DNA of 64,000 bases from an uncultured Planctomycetota bacterium (GTDB lineage: Bacteria > Planctomycetota > Planctomycetia > Isosphaerales > Isosphaeraceae), in NCBI GenBank assembly GCA_963845755.1, contig CAWJTV010000005.1, positions 224,001 through 288,000 of the forward strand, given 5' to 3'. The notes under the pieces were generated by a model that was given only the letters and a program-made list of their open reading frames with translations, did no database searches and was not told where the DNA came from. The first letter of the stretch is position 1; the number at the start of each line of letters is the position of its first letter. The position numbers were made by a program, and so were the translations under genes. Shown piece after piece: positions 49,780-63,242 of this stretch.

Positions 49780-49879
49780 CGGGAACAGAGAGCCAAGTTA
49801 CCACCATACGCTAACGGGAATTCGGGTCCACGTCTGATCCAGGATCCGTCGTCTGATTCATACAACACGGAGAATCCTC

Positions 49880-52800
49880 ATGTCCACTCGCAAGCGGTCC
49901 CTGCGCGTCCCGGTTGCCGCTGAGACGATCGGCGCGACCGATCCTGGAAGGCCTGGAAATCCGATTGACGCTCTCGACACTACCGGTCCCCGTCGGCGCA
50001 AACCCCTCGCCAGTAGGGCCGGTGGGTACTCCATCGCCCAATCCTGGCACCTCCACGCTCACCCCCAATCCGAATCAGACGGACGCCATCAAGCCGACGG
50101 TCTTGGTGTACCATGCGCCGGGGTCTTATCCCGCGGGGGACGTTCCGGGCCCCGCCGGAATCTTGCCCTACGATAACGGCGACGCAACGCCGGCCGGGGT
50201 CGGCTACTCACCCCAGCAGATTCGTGCCGCCTACGGGGTCAACAATATCTTCTTCGGATCGACGCAGGGTGAAGGTCAGGGAATGACCATCGCCATTGTT
50301 GACGCGTTCGACAACCCCGACATTGTGAACACGGGTTCAGCGACATTCGCTACTAGCGATCTGGGCGTCTACGATTCGACGTTCGGGTTGCCGGATCCGC
50401 CCAGCCTCACCAAGGTGGGCCAGACCGGCGGGGCACCGCCGACTGCGACCGATCCGACGGGCAGTTGGGAGGTCGAGGAGGCGCTGGACGTGGAGATGGT
50501 GCACACCATCGCGCCGCTGGCCAATATCGTCCTGGTCGAGGCGAATGACTCGACCCAATTATACACGGCGGATGCGTATGCGGCGACGATCGCCCCGGTG
50601 GTTTCCAATAGTTGGGGCGGCGGTGAATTCACGGGCGAACAGACGAACGATGCGACCTTCACCGTCCCGAATGTGACGTTCCTCTTCTCGACGGGCGATA
50701 GCGGTGCTCCGGGCGGATACCCGGCCTATTCGCCCGACGTGGTCGCTGTCGGCGGCACCAGCCTGTACGAGAACGCGTCCAACAACGTGACGTACGAATC
50801 GGCTTGGTCGTCGTTCGCCGCTCTGGGCGGGACCATTGGGGGCGCCGGCGGCGGTGGAACCAGCCAGCTCGAACCCGAGCCGTCGTTCCAGCAGGGTGTC
50901 CAGAACACAGGATCCCGTCAGATCCCCGACGTTTCATCGAACGCCGACCCGGCCACAGGCGTCGCGGAGTACGACCTCTATAACGGCGGCTGGTTCCAGG
51001 TCGGCGGCACCAGCGAGGCTTGTCCGGTGTGGGCGGGCTACGTTGCGATCGCCGACCAGGGACGAGCGTTGATGGGTGGTTCTCCGCTCACCGGCTACAC
51101 CCAGACCTTGCCGGCCCTGTACAGTCTACCGTATTCCGATTTCAACGACGTCACGGTCGGTGACGACCAATCCACGAACTACTCGTTCGACCAGTTCGCA
51201 TTCGGCGTAGACGCCCCGAACCCTCCGGCCAAGCCGGGTTACGATTTGGACACCGGCCTGGGTACGGCGAGAGCCGATCTGCTCGTGCCCGACCTGGCGG
51301 CGTTCGGTCTGGCCACGAAGATCGCCGTGACCACGCAGGCCCCCGCCAACGTCATCTCCGGCGACAGCTTCGGCCTGACCGCGACCGTGGAGGATCAAGA
51401 TGGACAGGTCGACTCGAACTTCAACGGCAACGTGACGTTGTCCCTCGCGGCCAATCCCGGCGGCACGACTTTCAACCCCGTCACCGTCGCGGCCGTCAAT
51501 GGTGTGGCCGTTTTCGACGGCCTGACCTTGAACCCGACCGACTCGGGTTACCAGTTCAAAGTCAGCGCGACCGTCAATGGTTCCGCGACCTCGGCGTCCT
51601 CGAGCCTGTTCGCGGTCGTATCGAACCCGACGATGTCGGCCGGCTCGTACTATCCGGCGACGAGCGACGCGAGTCTGCGCAGCGCCATCAGTCAGCGCCG
51701 ACAGCGACAACTTCTCAAGCAGCACCATCTACCTGGAGGCGGGGACGTATGGGCTGACCAACTCCGTGCTGGGGCAGTTGATCCTCCAGGATACGTCGGG
51801 GAGTGAAGCGAGTAAGACGATCACGATCGTCGGCCAGGGGGCGGGCGTGACGGTCATCGAACCATCCACCGACAAGGGATTTGGCGAACGCGTCTTCGAG
51901 ATCATCAGCCAGTCGGGGGCGAGCCTGACGGTGAACTTCCAGAACTTGACGATCGCCGGGGGCTACGCTGCCAACGGCGGCATCCTCGGCGGCAACACCG
52001 CTCTGGGTGGCGGCCTGTTGATCGATGGCGGCACGGTCTCGATGACGAATGTGGATCTCGTTCGACAACCGCGCCTCAAGGCACCCTTGGAGCAGCCGGC
52101 GCTAAGGGTCAAAAGGGCCAACCCGGTCCAACGGGCCAAGCGGGAGGCGCCGCGGCCGGTGGCGCGTTCTACCTGGCCGGTGGTACGCTGCACCTGAACA
52201 ACACGGTGATCAGCCAGAATATCGCCTGGGGAGGCCACGGCGGCACCGGCGGCTTCGGGGGAGCTGGCTTCCAGCGCGGCGGCAACGGAGGTGCGGGCGG
52301 AAACGCATCCGGCGGCGCCGGTTATGTGCTCAGTGGCTCGGTTTCCGGCAGTAGCAACCAGTTCGTTTCGAATGCCGTCCTCGGAGGCCGCGGCGGTTCG
52401 GGCGGGACCGGAGGGACTGGTGCTCCGTCGATTCCGGGCGGCCGCGGCGGTAGCGGTGGGACGGGAGGATTGGCCTATGGCGCCGGACTGTTCGTTTCCG
52501 GCGGCAGCGTCGACCTGGGGACCACCAGTTTCAAGGGCAGCGTGGCCCTCGGAGGAGCGGGTGGATATGGGGCCGTCGAAGGTCACAGCAAGGCCCTGAC
52601 TTCCAACGTGCGCAGTGTCCTGGTCTTCCTCACCAGCGGCGGGGCCGGTGGGAATGGTGGCGACGCTGCCGGTGGTGGTGTCTATCTCTCCAGTGGCACC
52701 GTGAACGTGACCGGCGGCAACGCGGGTTCGGATATGGCCCAGGGCGGGTCGTTCGGGTACAGCGGTAATCTTGCATGGTATTACCTGGGCTTCACCTCCG

Positions 52801-55800
52801 GAGTCGGGCGTGGCGTGGCCGGCATCGCCGACGGTGGCGGCATGTTCGTCAACAGTGGATCGTTGACGTTGGGGAGCTATTCCTTGTCGGGTGACGTCGC
52901 GACTTTTGGCGGCGCGATCGCCAATGCGGCGGGTGGATCGGTAAAGGGCAGTTCCGTCCAACTCTCCGGCAACGTGGCCGATACCGGCGGAGCCGTGTTG
53001 AACTTCGGTACGTTTACTCTCAATGACGGAGACATCGGGGGCAATTCCGCCTCTGGCGGCGCTGGTGGCGTCTACAATGCCTCGAACGGCTCGCTCGATT
53101 TCACTTCAGTCGGCGTCTTCAACAACATTGCGAATTCGAGGTCCGGTGGCGGCATCGAGAACATTTCCGGGTCCGTGAAAATCAGCAATGGCGTCTTCTC
53201 GGGTAACACGGCGGAGCGGAGGGGCGGCGGCATCTACAGCTCCGGGGGCTCGTTGACCATCACCGGAGTCAACGAAGTCACCGACAACGCGGTGGAAGCG
53301 ACAGGGCCCGCTTCCTCGGTAACCGTCGGCTTCGGAGGTGGTATCGATGTGCAGGCCGGCAATGCCACGATCAGCGGCGCCACCATCTCCGGCAACTCTT
53401 CCGAGCTTGGCGGCGGCATTTACATCTCAGACGGTTCGGTGACGATCAGCAATGACACGATCTCGAGCAACAGCGCGCTCCTCGGCGGCGGCATCCAAAA
53501 CCTGGGGACGCTGACGATCAGCAATGTGACCATCACGGGAAACTCGGCGGGCACCATTGGCGGCGGGATCAACAATCCCGGACAGCTTACGATCAACGGC
53601 TCGACGATCTCGGACAACGTGGCGGGGTCCTCCGGCGGCGGTATCTACAATGCCGGCACGATCTCCGCCGATACCATTCAGGTCTCGGGCAACACCGCTG
53701 ATGATGGCGGCGGCGGCCTCTACAACGCGGGAACGGTCACGGTCAACACCGGCACGTTCTCGAACAACGTGTCACCCGGCGTCGGGACCGGCCGATCGGC
53801 TACGCCGGGACGAGGAGGCGGCATCCTCAACACGTCCACGCTCACCTTGGATGACGTCAACCTCACTCAGAACACCGCCGGCGCGGGCGGCGGCCTCTAT
53901 AATACCGGAGGCCAGGTGAAAGCCTCCAGGATCACCGTCTCCGACAATTCCGCGAATCTGGGCGACGGCGGCGGTATCTATTTCCACAACGGCACGCTCA
54001 CGTTCAAGCTGGGGCGTCTGGACGGCAACCAGGCCGCGGGGAGTGCCGTCAACGGATCGTACGGCCGCGGCGGTGGACTCTATCAGAACGGCGGCAAGAT
54101 CACGATCGCGGGGAGCACGTCCGCCGCGAGCAATACGTTGGGCGTTGGGAGCATCGTGGATAATTCCGCGGGGCAAGGCGGCGGCATCTACCTCTTCGGC
54201 GGCTCGCTGACGCTCAGCTTCGCACATCTCGCGAAGAACTCCGCAGTCCAGTCCGGCGGCGCCATCGACAACGGCGGCACCTTGCTGCTCGCGAACTCCT
54301 TTGTCTTCAGCAACACGGCGAGCATCGATGGCGGCGGCATCGAGAACGCGATCTCGCTGAGCGTGTTGACGATCAATAACTCGACACTCTGGAACAATGA
54401 CGCCGGTAGCGAAGGGGGTACTCTTCGCAACCTCGGCCAGGCCACAGCGACCATTAACACCAGCACGATCAAGGACAGCTCCGCGAGCTTGGGTGGCGCC
54501 ATCGCGAATACGGGGACGTTGACGGTCAGCGGCAGCACGATCGCCTCCAGTTCGGCGTCCCAGTTCGGCGGCGGCATCTACGACGACCTCACCGGAGTGA
54601 TGAATCTGACGAACTCCACCATCGCTGCGAATACCGCCCAGGCCGGCGGCGGCGGAGTCTACTCCCAGGGCACGTTGCAGGCCGTGAACGTCACGATCGC
54701 CGAGAACCTCATCAATGGAGGTGACGGAGGCGGGTTGAACGTCGCAGGTGGATCGGCCAAGGTCTACAACTCGATCATCGATTCCAACACATCTGGCGGG
54801 GGGACGGACCTCGCCGGCAATCTGGCCAACGCCAGCAGGAACAACCTGATCGGGGTCCCCAACGCGGACCTGGGTCCCCTGGCGAATAACGGTGGCCCGA
54901 CTCAGACGATCGCCCTGCTGGCAGGCAGTCCGGCCATCGACGGGGGATCGAGCTCCATCGCCGGTGTGATCGTGCCGACTAGCGACCAGCGTGGTGCCGT
55001 CCGTGGAGGACAGGCCAATGCCGTCAACGCCGGGTCGATTGTGGACATCGGTGCCTACGAGGCCAGCTCGGCCTTCTTGATCACCTCCGCAGCCGATTCG
55101 TTCCAGATTTCCGGCACGCTACGCCTGGGCATGAACTGGGCGGCGATCAGCGACAACTTCAATCCCGAGAACCTGTCCCCGTCTCCGACCGCCAACGCTC
55201 CCAATACCCTCGTTTTCGCCACCAACGGGACGTTCTCCACAGCCCAGACGATCACGCTGACGCTCGGTACTCTGACAATCCCCACGACTCACGCGGTGGC
55301 GATCGATGGCCCCGGTAGCGGTCTGGTCACGATCAGCGGCGGGTGGGCGGTCCAGGTCGTCAACGTTCCCACGGGAGCGACGGCCACACTCGAAGGTATC
55401 ACCATCACGGGCGGGAACGCGACCGCCGGCGGTGGCGTCGGGAATGCCGGCACCTTGACCCTGATCAACACGAATCTTCAGGGCAACTCGGCCAGCGAGT
55501 CCGGCGGCGGGGTGGACAGCGTCGGCACCATCCACATCACCGGTGGCACGATCTCAGGCAACTCGGCGGGGACCGGTGGCGGCGTGCATAGCGTCGGCAG
55601 CCTCTACCTCGTCAACGCGAACATGAACAACAACTCGGCCTCTCTCGACGGCGGTGGCGTCGCGTATTCGGCCAGCAGCAGTGGCAGCGGAAGCCTGGTG
55701 ATGTCGGGCACGACATTCTCGGACAACATGGCCAATGAGGGCGGCGGGCTTTACATAGGCTCTGGTGCGGTAACGATCGCCGGAGGCACCCTCACCGGCA

Positions 55801-58800
55801 ACTCAGCCACCTTCTCGGATGGCGGCGCTGTGTATGTCTTTGGGGGCAACCTGGCGATCACGGGTGTAACCTTCTCGTCTAACGCGGCCGTGAATGGATC
55901 CGGCGGGGCGATCTACAATGCCGGTGGATCGCTGATCGCAACGAACCTCATCCTCGAGAACAACTCGGCAGGGGCCGGCGGGGCGTTAGCCAACACGGCA
56001 CAGGTCACGCTCGCCACCAGCACCATTGCCTCGAACTCGGCGAGCGTCAACGGTGGCGGCATCCTGAATACGGGATCGCTCCAAGTCTCCACGGTGAGCA
56101 TTTCTCAGAACACGGCCAGCGGTGGACCAGGCGGTGGCATCGACAACTTCGGGACCCTCTCGGTCGAAGACAGCACGATCGCCTACAATTCGGCCAGCAC
56201 GATTGGTGGTGGCATCTCCGACATCGGCACGGCCGTGGACAACTTGAGCAACTCCACGATCGCGGGCAATTTCGGCCAGGGCGGCGGCGGCGGCATCTAT
56301 ACACAGGGCACGCTGACGTCAGTCAACGTTACGATCGCCAACAATACGATCAACCAGGGTCAGGGCGGCGGGGTCTATGTTGACCCGAGCGCCACGGCCG
56401 CACTCTACAACACGATCGTCGATTCGAACACGCCCAGTGGGTCCGACCTCTCCGGCACGTTGTCAGGCACGAGCTCGAACAACCTGATCGGCGACCCCAA
56501 TGCGGACCTCGGTCCCTTGACGAACAACGGCGGCACGACCCTGACCATCGCCCTCGGGCAAGGCAGCGACGCCATTGACACGGGAGCCAACACGATCGCC
56601 GGCGTGACCGTGCCGACTACCGACCAGCGCGGCGCCCTGCGCGGCGCGTTGGGGATCAACGCCGGATCGTTGGTAGACATCGGAGCCTATGAGGCCAGCT
56701 CTTCTTACCAGGTCGCCACCGCGGCCGACACCACCGAAACCGGGACCCTGCGTACCGGCGTCGGCTGGGCCAATGTCAGCTTCAACGACAATCCCGAGAA
56801 CATCGCCAGCCCGGCCCCCAACACAGTCCAGATCATCACGAGCCTACCGATCACCCTGTCGCCGGCCCTCGGCACTCTGCAGTTCTCGAATACCGGTACG
56901 GCGGAGGAGATCGACAACGTGGGTAGGGGCCTGGCCGTGATCAGCGGCAATGGCGCGGTCGGGGTCTTGCAGGTGAACCAGGGTGTGACCGTGACCCTCA
57001 CCGACCTGGAGATTACAGCCGGCATGGCCACTACGGGCGGCGGGATCGAGAATGACGGCTCGCTCACGCTCAACTCGACGACTGTCACCGGCAACTCGGC
57101 CACCGAGGGTGGTGGCGGGGTGAACAACACGGGCTCGCTCACCCTCACCGGGGCGACGATCTCGGGGAATACGGCCACGTCGGGCGGAGGTGTCAACAAC
57201 ACGGGCACGCTGATGCTCAGTGACTCCGCCGCGATCACGGGCAATTCGGCCAGCGGAGCCGGCGGCGGCGTCCTCGACAACGGTACGCTCACCATTGACG
57301 GCTCTACGATCTCGCAGAACTCCGCCGGCTCAGGGGGTGGAGTCGACGTCGGCGGTTCCTTGACCGCGACCAACTCGACCATCTCGGGTAACTCGGCCGC
57401 CCTCAGTGGTGGCGGGGTGGGCGTCGCATTTACGGGCACGTTCATCGTTTCCAATTCGACCATTTCGGGCAATTCCGCCGCAGCCGACGGCGGCGGGATC
57501 GATAGCGCGGGTCTTGTGACACTGGGACACTCGACCGCGATCACGAACAATTCAGCCGGCGGAGTCGGTGGCGGCCTGAACATCGAGCCGGGCGGTTCGG
57601 GTACGGCGTCCTACTCGACCCTGTCAGGGAATACCGCGACGACAGGCGGCGGAATCGACAACAGCGGCGGGCTCACGATCTCGATCTCGAATATTCAATC
57701 GAATGTGGCCACGGGCTCCGGTGGTGGCCTCAATGTTGAGGTTGGCGGCACGGTGACGCTCACCGATTTGACCGTGAGCGGGAATCAGGCGGGCGGTTCC
57801 GGCGGCGGGCTCTCCAACGCCGGCACTGCGACCGTTACCAATGCAACCATCGCCGGCAATTCGGGCAGCAGCGCGGGCGGGATCCTCAACACAGGAACGC
57901 TCACGGCGATCAACGCGACGATCGCCGAGAATACCATTTCGAGCAGCGGCACCGGCGGTGGCCTCTATGCCCAACTGGGGACTGCCACCTTGTACAACAC
58001 GATCGTCGCCACGAACACCGCCGGCACCAGCACGGCCAGTAATGCCGCCGGCTCGCTGTCGCAAATCAGTGCAGACAACTTGTTCGGCAAGGGAGGCGCC
58101 GGCGGGCTGACGACATTCGATAACAATCAAATCAATGTCGCGAACCCGCTCCTGGGTACGCTGTCGAATAACGGCGGGCCATCTCCTCTCGCAGGACAGC
58201 CGATCCTGAGCCTCGCTCTACTCGCCGGAAGCCCCGCGATCGACGCCGGAAGCAGCACCATCCCCGGAGTGAGCATCCCGAATACGGACCAGCGCGGGGC
58301 GCTGCGCGGCCCGGCAGGGCTCGACGCCGGGTCGGCGGTCGACATCGGGGCGTACGAGGCCAGTTCCTCATACCTCGTCACCACCACCAGCGACTCGACC
58401 GATATGGGGACCATCCGCGCGGGTCTTGGTGGATGGGCCGGCGCCAGTACCAACAACAATCCGGAGGCGCTCGCGGCCGCCCAGGCCAACAATGGGATCG
58501 CCCCGGCGAACACGATGGTCTTCGACGAAACTGGAGCCTTCGCGACACCTCAGACGATCACGCTCTCATCCACTCTCGGCCCTCTCATTCTGTCGAATTC
58601 CGCTACGCCGGAAGCGATCGACGGCACGGCCTCGAACGGTCTGACGATCAGTGGTGGTGGAGCGGTCGGCGTGATCACGGTCGACGCGAATACGACGGCG
58701 AACCTGATTGGCCTGACGATCACCGGCGGCAACTCGACGACCGGAGGCGCCATCAACAATCAGGGCCATTTGCTCACGATCATCAATTCGACCGTCAGCG

Positions 58801-61054
58801 GCAACTCGGCGACCATGGGCGGAGCCATCGATAATTCGGGCACATTAGCCCTCAGCAGCTCCACCTTCTATAACAATGCCGCCAATCAGGATGGTGGCGC
58901 CATCGACAATGAATCCACCGGCGTACTCACCGCCACGAATGTGACGATCGCCGACAATACGGCCTCCGAGGGTGGCGGCATCTTCAACAACCCCGGCGGT
59001 ACGATGACGGTTAACACCACGACGATCGCCATTAACAGCTCCGGTGACCGCGGGACTGGCGGCGGCCTGAATGCATCCGCGGGCGCTAGCACCACCTTGT
59101 ACAACACAATCGTCGCGCAGAACACCGATAGTGGCGGTTCGGCCGACGACGTGGCCGGCACGCTCAAGTCGAGCAGCTCAGGGAACATGTTCGGCACCGG
59201 CGGCAGCGGCGGGCTGACCGCCAGCGCGAATCTGATTAATGTTGCAAACCCCGGACTTAGTACATTGTCGAACAATGGCGGGGTGACCGAGACCATCCCG
59301 TTGATGACGGGCAGCCCAGCCATCGGCGCCGGCAGCTCGAGCCTTCCCGGAACACCCAACGTTGACCAGCGTGGGGCGGTCCGCGGAGTCGGCGATGTCT
59401 CACCCGTCACGGCCATCGATGCGGGGGCCTACGAGGTCAGCTCGTCCTATTTGGTCACGAGTCCTGCCGACTCTCTCGTTCCCGGGACGCTTCGAGCCGC
59501 CGTCGCCTGGGCCGATACCAACGCCGGAACGACGCCGATCAACATCCTCTTCGATACGGCAGGATTGTTCAGCCGGGCGCAGACCATCACTCTGACTCTC
59601 GGGACGTTGAGCCTGACCAACACCACGGCCGCGATCCACATCGACGGGACCGGCGTGAGCCTGTTGACCGTCAGCGGCAACGGCGCCTCCGGGATCTTCT
59701 CAATCGCGCCAGGTGTGACGGCCGATTTCACGGAGCTATCGATGATCGATGGCTCGGCCGCAGCCTCCGGCGGCGCCATCAGCAACGCGGGGAACCTGAC
59801 GGTCACCAACGCGACACTGGCGGACAACGTGGCCCTGGCGGGCTCCGGCGCCGGCATCTACAACACCGGGTCGCTCGTCGTCACCGACAGCGCGTTCTCG
59901 AAGAATGCCGCCGACTACTATGGCGGTGCGATCTACAACAATGGAGGCACGACATCCATCTCCGGATCGACCTTCGACGGGAATTCGACCCTCTACGGAC
60001 TGGGTGGCGCCCTCGATAACCAGGGCGGTGCGCTGGCGGTCACAGGATCGACGTTCCAGGACAATTCCAGCTTCGAGGGTGGGGCCATCTTCAATCGGTC
60101 CGGCACGACGTCGATCACCGACACGACCATCATGAGCAACTCGGCCTACCAGGGCGGGGGCTTATTCAACGACGGTTCCGGAACGACCCTCGGAAGTATG
60201 ACGGTCACGGACAGCACGCTTGCCGGGAACTCGGCGTTCCAGGGTGGCGCGATATCCAACAATTTCGGCGGCACGATGTTGCTGACCGACAGCACCCTGG
60301 CGAGTAACTTGGCCAACCAGTACGGCGGCGCCATCGATAATGTCGGCAACTTGACGATCATCAGCGCCACGATCGCCTACAACGTCGTGGCACCCGGCGG
60401 CATCGCCGGTGGGATCGATGTCTATGCCGGCTCGACGGCGATATACGACTCCATTGTCGTCCTCAACACCGTCGGCAGTGTTGCCAGCGCACCCGCCAGC
60501 GACATTGTCGGCTCCGTCGTCGCCACGAGCTCGTACAACCTGATCGGCAGCGGGGGTCTGACTAACAAGATCAACAACAATCTGGTCGGCGTTCTCCTCC
60601 CCGGTCTCGCTCCCAGCCTGGCCAATAACGGCGGACCCACGGAAACCCTCGCGCTGCTCCCGAGTAGCCCCGCCATCGGCGCCGGGAGTGCGACGATCCC
60701 CGGTGTGATCGTGCCGTCTACCGATCAACGTGGCCAGACCCTGGACTCTCCGCCCGACCTCGGGGCGTACCAGACCGTGCCGATCCCCATCTCTCTCCGG
60801 GTATCAACGAAGAGTCCGGCCAGCGGCGCTGCCCAGGTCCTCACGACCATCGTGGCAGCCAACACGACGCCTACCGCCGTATCGACCACCCCGATCGTGA
60901 GCTCCCCCAACCCGTTCACGGCGAGGAAGCTCGGCGGCGAGCCCGCCGCCACAAGGTGGCCGCCGCGCCGCACACGACCGTCCATAAGTCCGAACATGCC
61001 GTCCCGGTCGCCCGGAAGACGCCGAAGGTCCGCATCGCCAAGCATCATGGGTAA
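49880..61054 (+). CDS. Giant secreted protein (~3,700 aa): S53 (sedolisin) peptidase + Ig-like segment + five beta-helix/choice-of-anchor-Q modules; at least four indels
   Basis: GGAG RBS; RPILEGLEIRLTLS N-terminal motif; EEALDVE, STGDSG and GGTS; GGGI.N repeats; five NNGG..AI..DQRG..GAY motifs. Frames join at ~49910, ~51690, ~52060-75 and ~60940; the corrected frame ends ..KVRIAKHHG* at 61054. Confidence 0.85.
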
Positions 61055-61067
61055 GACCCGCGGACGG

Positions 61068-61108
61068 GAGGGGAACTGGCACCGCGCTATTCAGGTGCCT
61101 CTTTCCCC
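61068..61108. repeat. Hairpin related to REP family B; probable terminator between convergent genes
   Basis: GGGAACTGGCACC ... GGTGCCTCTTTCCC immediately after the corrected stop of the giant gene. Confidence 0.6.
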
Positions 61109-61290
61109 TCTCGTCGGCCGATCTTTGCGGCCGCACACACCGTTAATCGCACGAGCCCAACATTCCGCGTTCGTCGCGAGTTGGCTTGCCTCTCAGGACC
61201 AAAAACTCGACCTCGAACCGCGAGTCTTGAGATGCTGCGGCACCGATAATCCTCATCTCGATCCCGATCGCTTCCGTTCGAGGATTCTCA

Positions 61291-61608
61291 CTATCGGCCG
61301 GAACTGCCTGAGTAGAGACCTGCCTCGATATCGCGGACGGTTCGCGCATCGGGATCGTGCCCGAGGACAAAGCTCCAGAGGGTCGAACGCCAACCATTGC
61401 AACCGGTATAATCCGGAGAGTCCCCGTACGTGCCATAGCCGGCATTGCCTACCGGTCGGCTCCAGGACGTGAGTGCGCCCGAAGAATCGTGGGCTAAATA
61501 CTGGGCATGGGCTTGGGGCATCGACTGCGGGGCCGGGAACACGGTGCAACTTTTGTTATCACAGCCGACTCCGCTGAGGGCCATCAATATAATCACGGCT
61601 CCCTGCAT
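61291..61608 (-). CDS. Small secreted/lipoprotein-like hypothetical protein
   Basis: GGAGAG RBS; MQGAVIILMALSGVGC; C-terminal WRSTLWSFVLGHDPD. Confidence 0.7.
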   Translation of the reverse strand: MQGAVIILMALSGVGCDNKSCTVFPAPQSMPQAHAQYLAHDSSGALTSWSRPVGNAGYGTYGDSPDYTGCNGWRSTLWSFVLGHDPDARTVRDIEAGLYSGSSGR

Positions 61609-61913
61609 GGCATCTCTCCGCATCCGTATGAGATGAAGTCGGATTCCTCCGCGCCCGCCCCACGAAGCTGGGATACGCTGAATTCGTATCAAGATCATAC
61701 CCCATCTTTGACCCAGGATTTGCTAAACCTGTAAGCCGGCGGAGGAGGGCGTTCGCGCATTCTTGCATGTCTCGACGCGCGACGATCCGGGAGTCTAGCC
61801 CAGGATCGATGGGATCGAGCTTGTCCCGCACTTCTCGGTCGGCCACCCGAACCTTATGATTCGTCCCTTCGAGACCTCCCGCTCATCGAAGTGATCTGGA
61901 GAGCACATCCGAC

Positions 61914-62456
61914 ATGTCAATGACCTATCTGGCGCTCCTTCGCGGTATCAACGTCGGCGGCAAGAATAAACTACGGATGAAGGAGCTGGCCGAGCTGTTC
62001 GGCCTCGCGGGATGCGTCGATGTCCGGACGTATATCCAGAGCGGAAACGTGGTCTTCCGCGGCGAACCTCGCATCGTGGAACGAATCCCGGATCTGATCT
62101 CCGCAGAGATCGGGACGCGGTACGGCTATCAAATCCCTGTGGTCCTGCGCACGACCGAACAGATTCGCGACGTCATCGCGAATAATCCTTATCTCAAGGC
62201 AGGTGTCGCGGAAGACGAGCTGCATGTCCTGTTCCTTGCGAACCTACCGGCGCGGCATCGTATCGATGATCTCGATCCTGCTCGTTCTCCGTCGGATTCC
62301 TTCGCCGTGCAAGGTCAGGAGGTTTATTTGCGCCTACCCAACGGAGCCGCATCGAGCAAACTCACCAATCAATACTTCGACTCGAAATTGGCGACGATCA
62401 GCACAGGGAGAAACTGGTGGACAGTGCAGCAACTCTTGGAAATGATGAAGGCTTGA
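61914..62456 (+). CDS. DUF1697 family protein
   Basis: YLALLRGINVGGKN, VRTYIQSGNV and T.RNW.TV. Confidence 0.93.
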   Translation: MSMTYLALLRGINVGGKNKLRMKELAELFGLAGCVDVRTYIQSGNVVFRGEPRIVERIPDLISAEIGTRYGYQIPVVLRTTEQIRDVIANNPYLKAGVAEDELHVLFLANLPARHRIDDLDPARSPSDSFAVQGQEVYLRLPNGAASSKLTNQYFDSKLATISTGRNWWTVQQLLEMMKA

Positions 62457-63242
62457 CCTTGAGCGCTCGACTATTGTGTCGCGGATTCCCCAGGGTCACG
62501 CGAAGACCCCGCTAAACTACAGGCCAAAATTTATTTTGGATTTTTTATCTGCCGCTGAGGCTGAGAGTTGGGGCGACTCCCGGCCGAAATCCCCGCTAGG
62601 TGCATTAACGTTTTCCCAAAGTTGCGGCATCCTAAGAGTATGGCCCACGCACGATCACTCCCGAGACGGGCGCCTGGACCGCGCCGCCCGGTTCACGCCG
62701 TCGTCGCAACCGGATATCAGCCAAGGAGATCGGGGAGGGCGACTCGGGAAAAAGATGTCCCATTGTGCCACTTCATGACACCCGCATCGGTCAGTGAGTC
62801 CCGGAGGGGACCTGCGGTCGGCATGGTGGCCAGGTCGGGAGACCGTGCCACAGCCCGGGGCACGGGCCACACAAATGGGAGGCGCTCTAGCCCACGACCG
62901 CAATCGAAAACAGGCGAGAGCCAGTGGAATTGCTTGGTAATCCGCATGCTTGCTGGATTGACCTCCGGCAATAGACTCGGTGAGTGCGGACCGTGCGTGG
63001 TGGTGCGCGGAACTTGGCATTGAACTGGCAGAGATCCATCATGCCGTCTTGCATGGAGAGACGGACCAAGATCGTCTTCCCGGGCGAGACAGCAGATGCT
63101 AAACTGAGTGGTTCATCCCTGAAGCGAGCGGTTGATTTCGACAGAATTTGAGCGATGATGGTCGGCTGGTGATGATGCCACTCGCGGATGTCAAGGATGC
63201 CAATTATCATTGCCGACTATCGACTTCGATTGAGGACCCCGA

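Noticed and set aside
49397..49806. tmRNA/tRNA-like reading (GGGG at 49397, CCACCA at 49801-49806)
   Set aside because: No T-arm (GTTCGA/GTTCAA), no acceptor-stem pairing between the ends, and no tag-peptide frame found.
60940..61472. C-terminal ~175 aa of the 3088-aa ORF
   Set aside because: Composition breaks down after ~60940 and the frame runs through a hairpin into the opposite-strand gene. A shifted frame gives a plausible tail ending at 61054.
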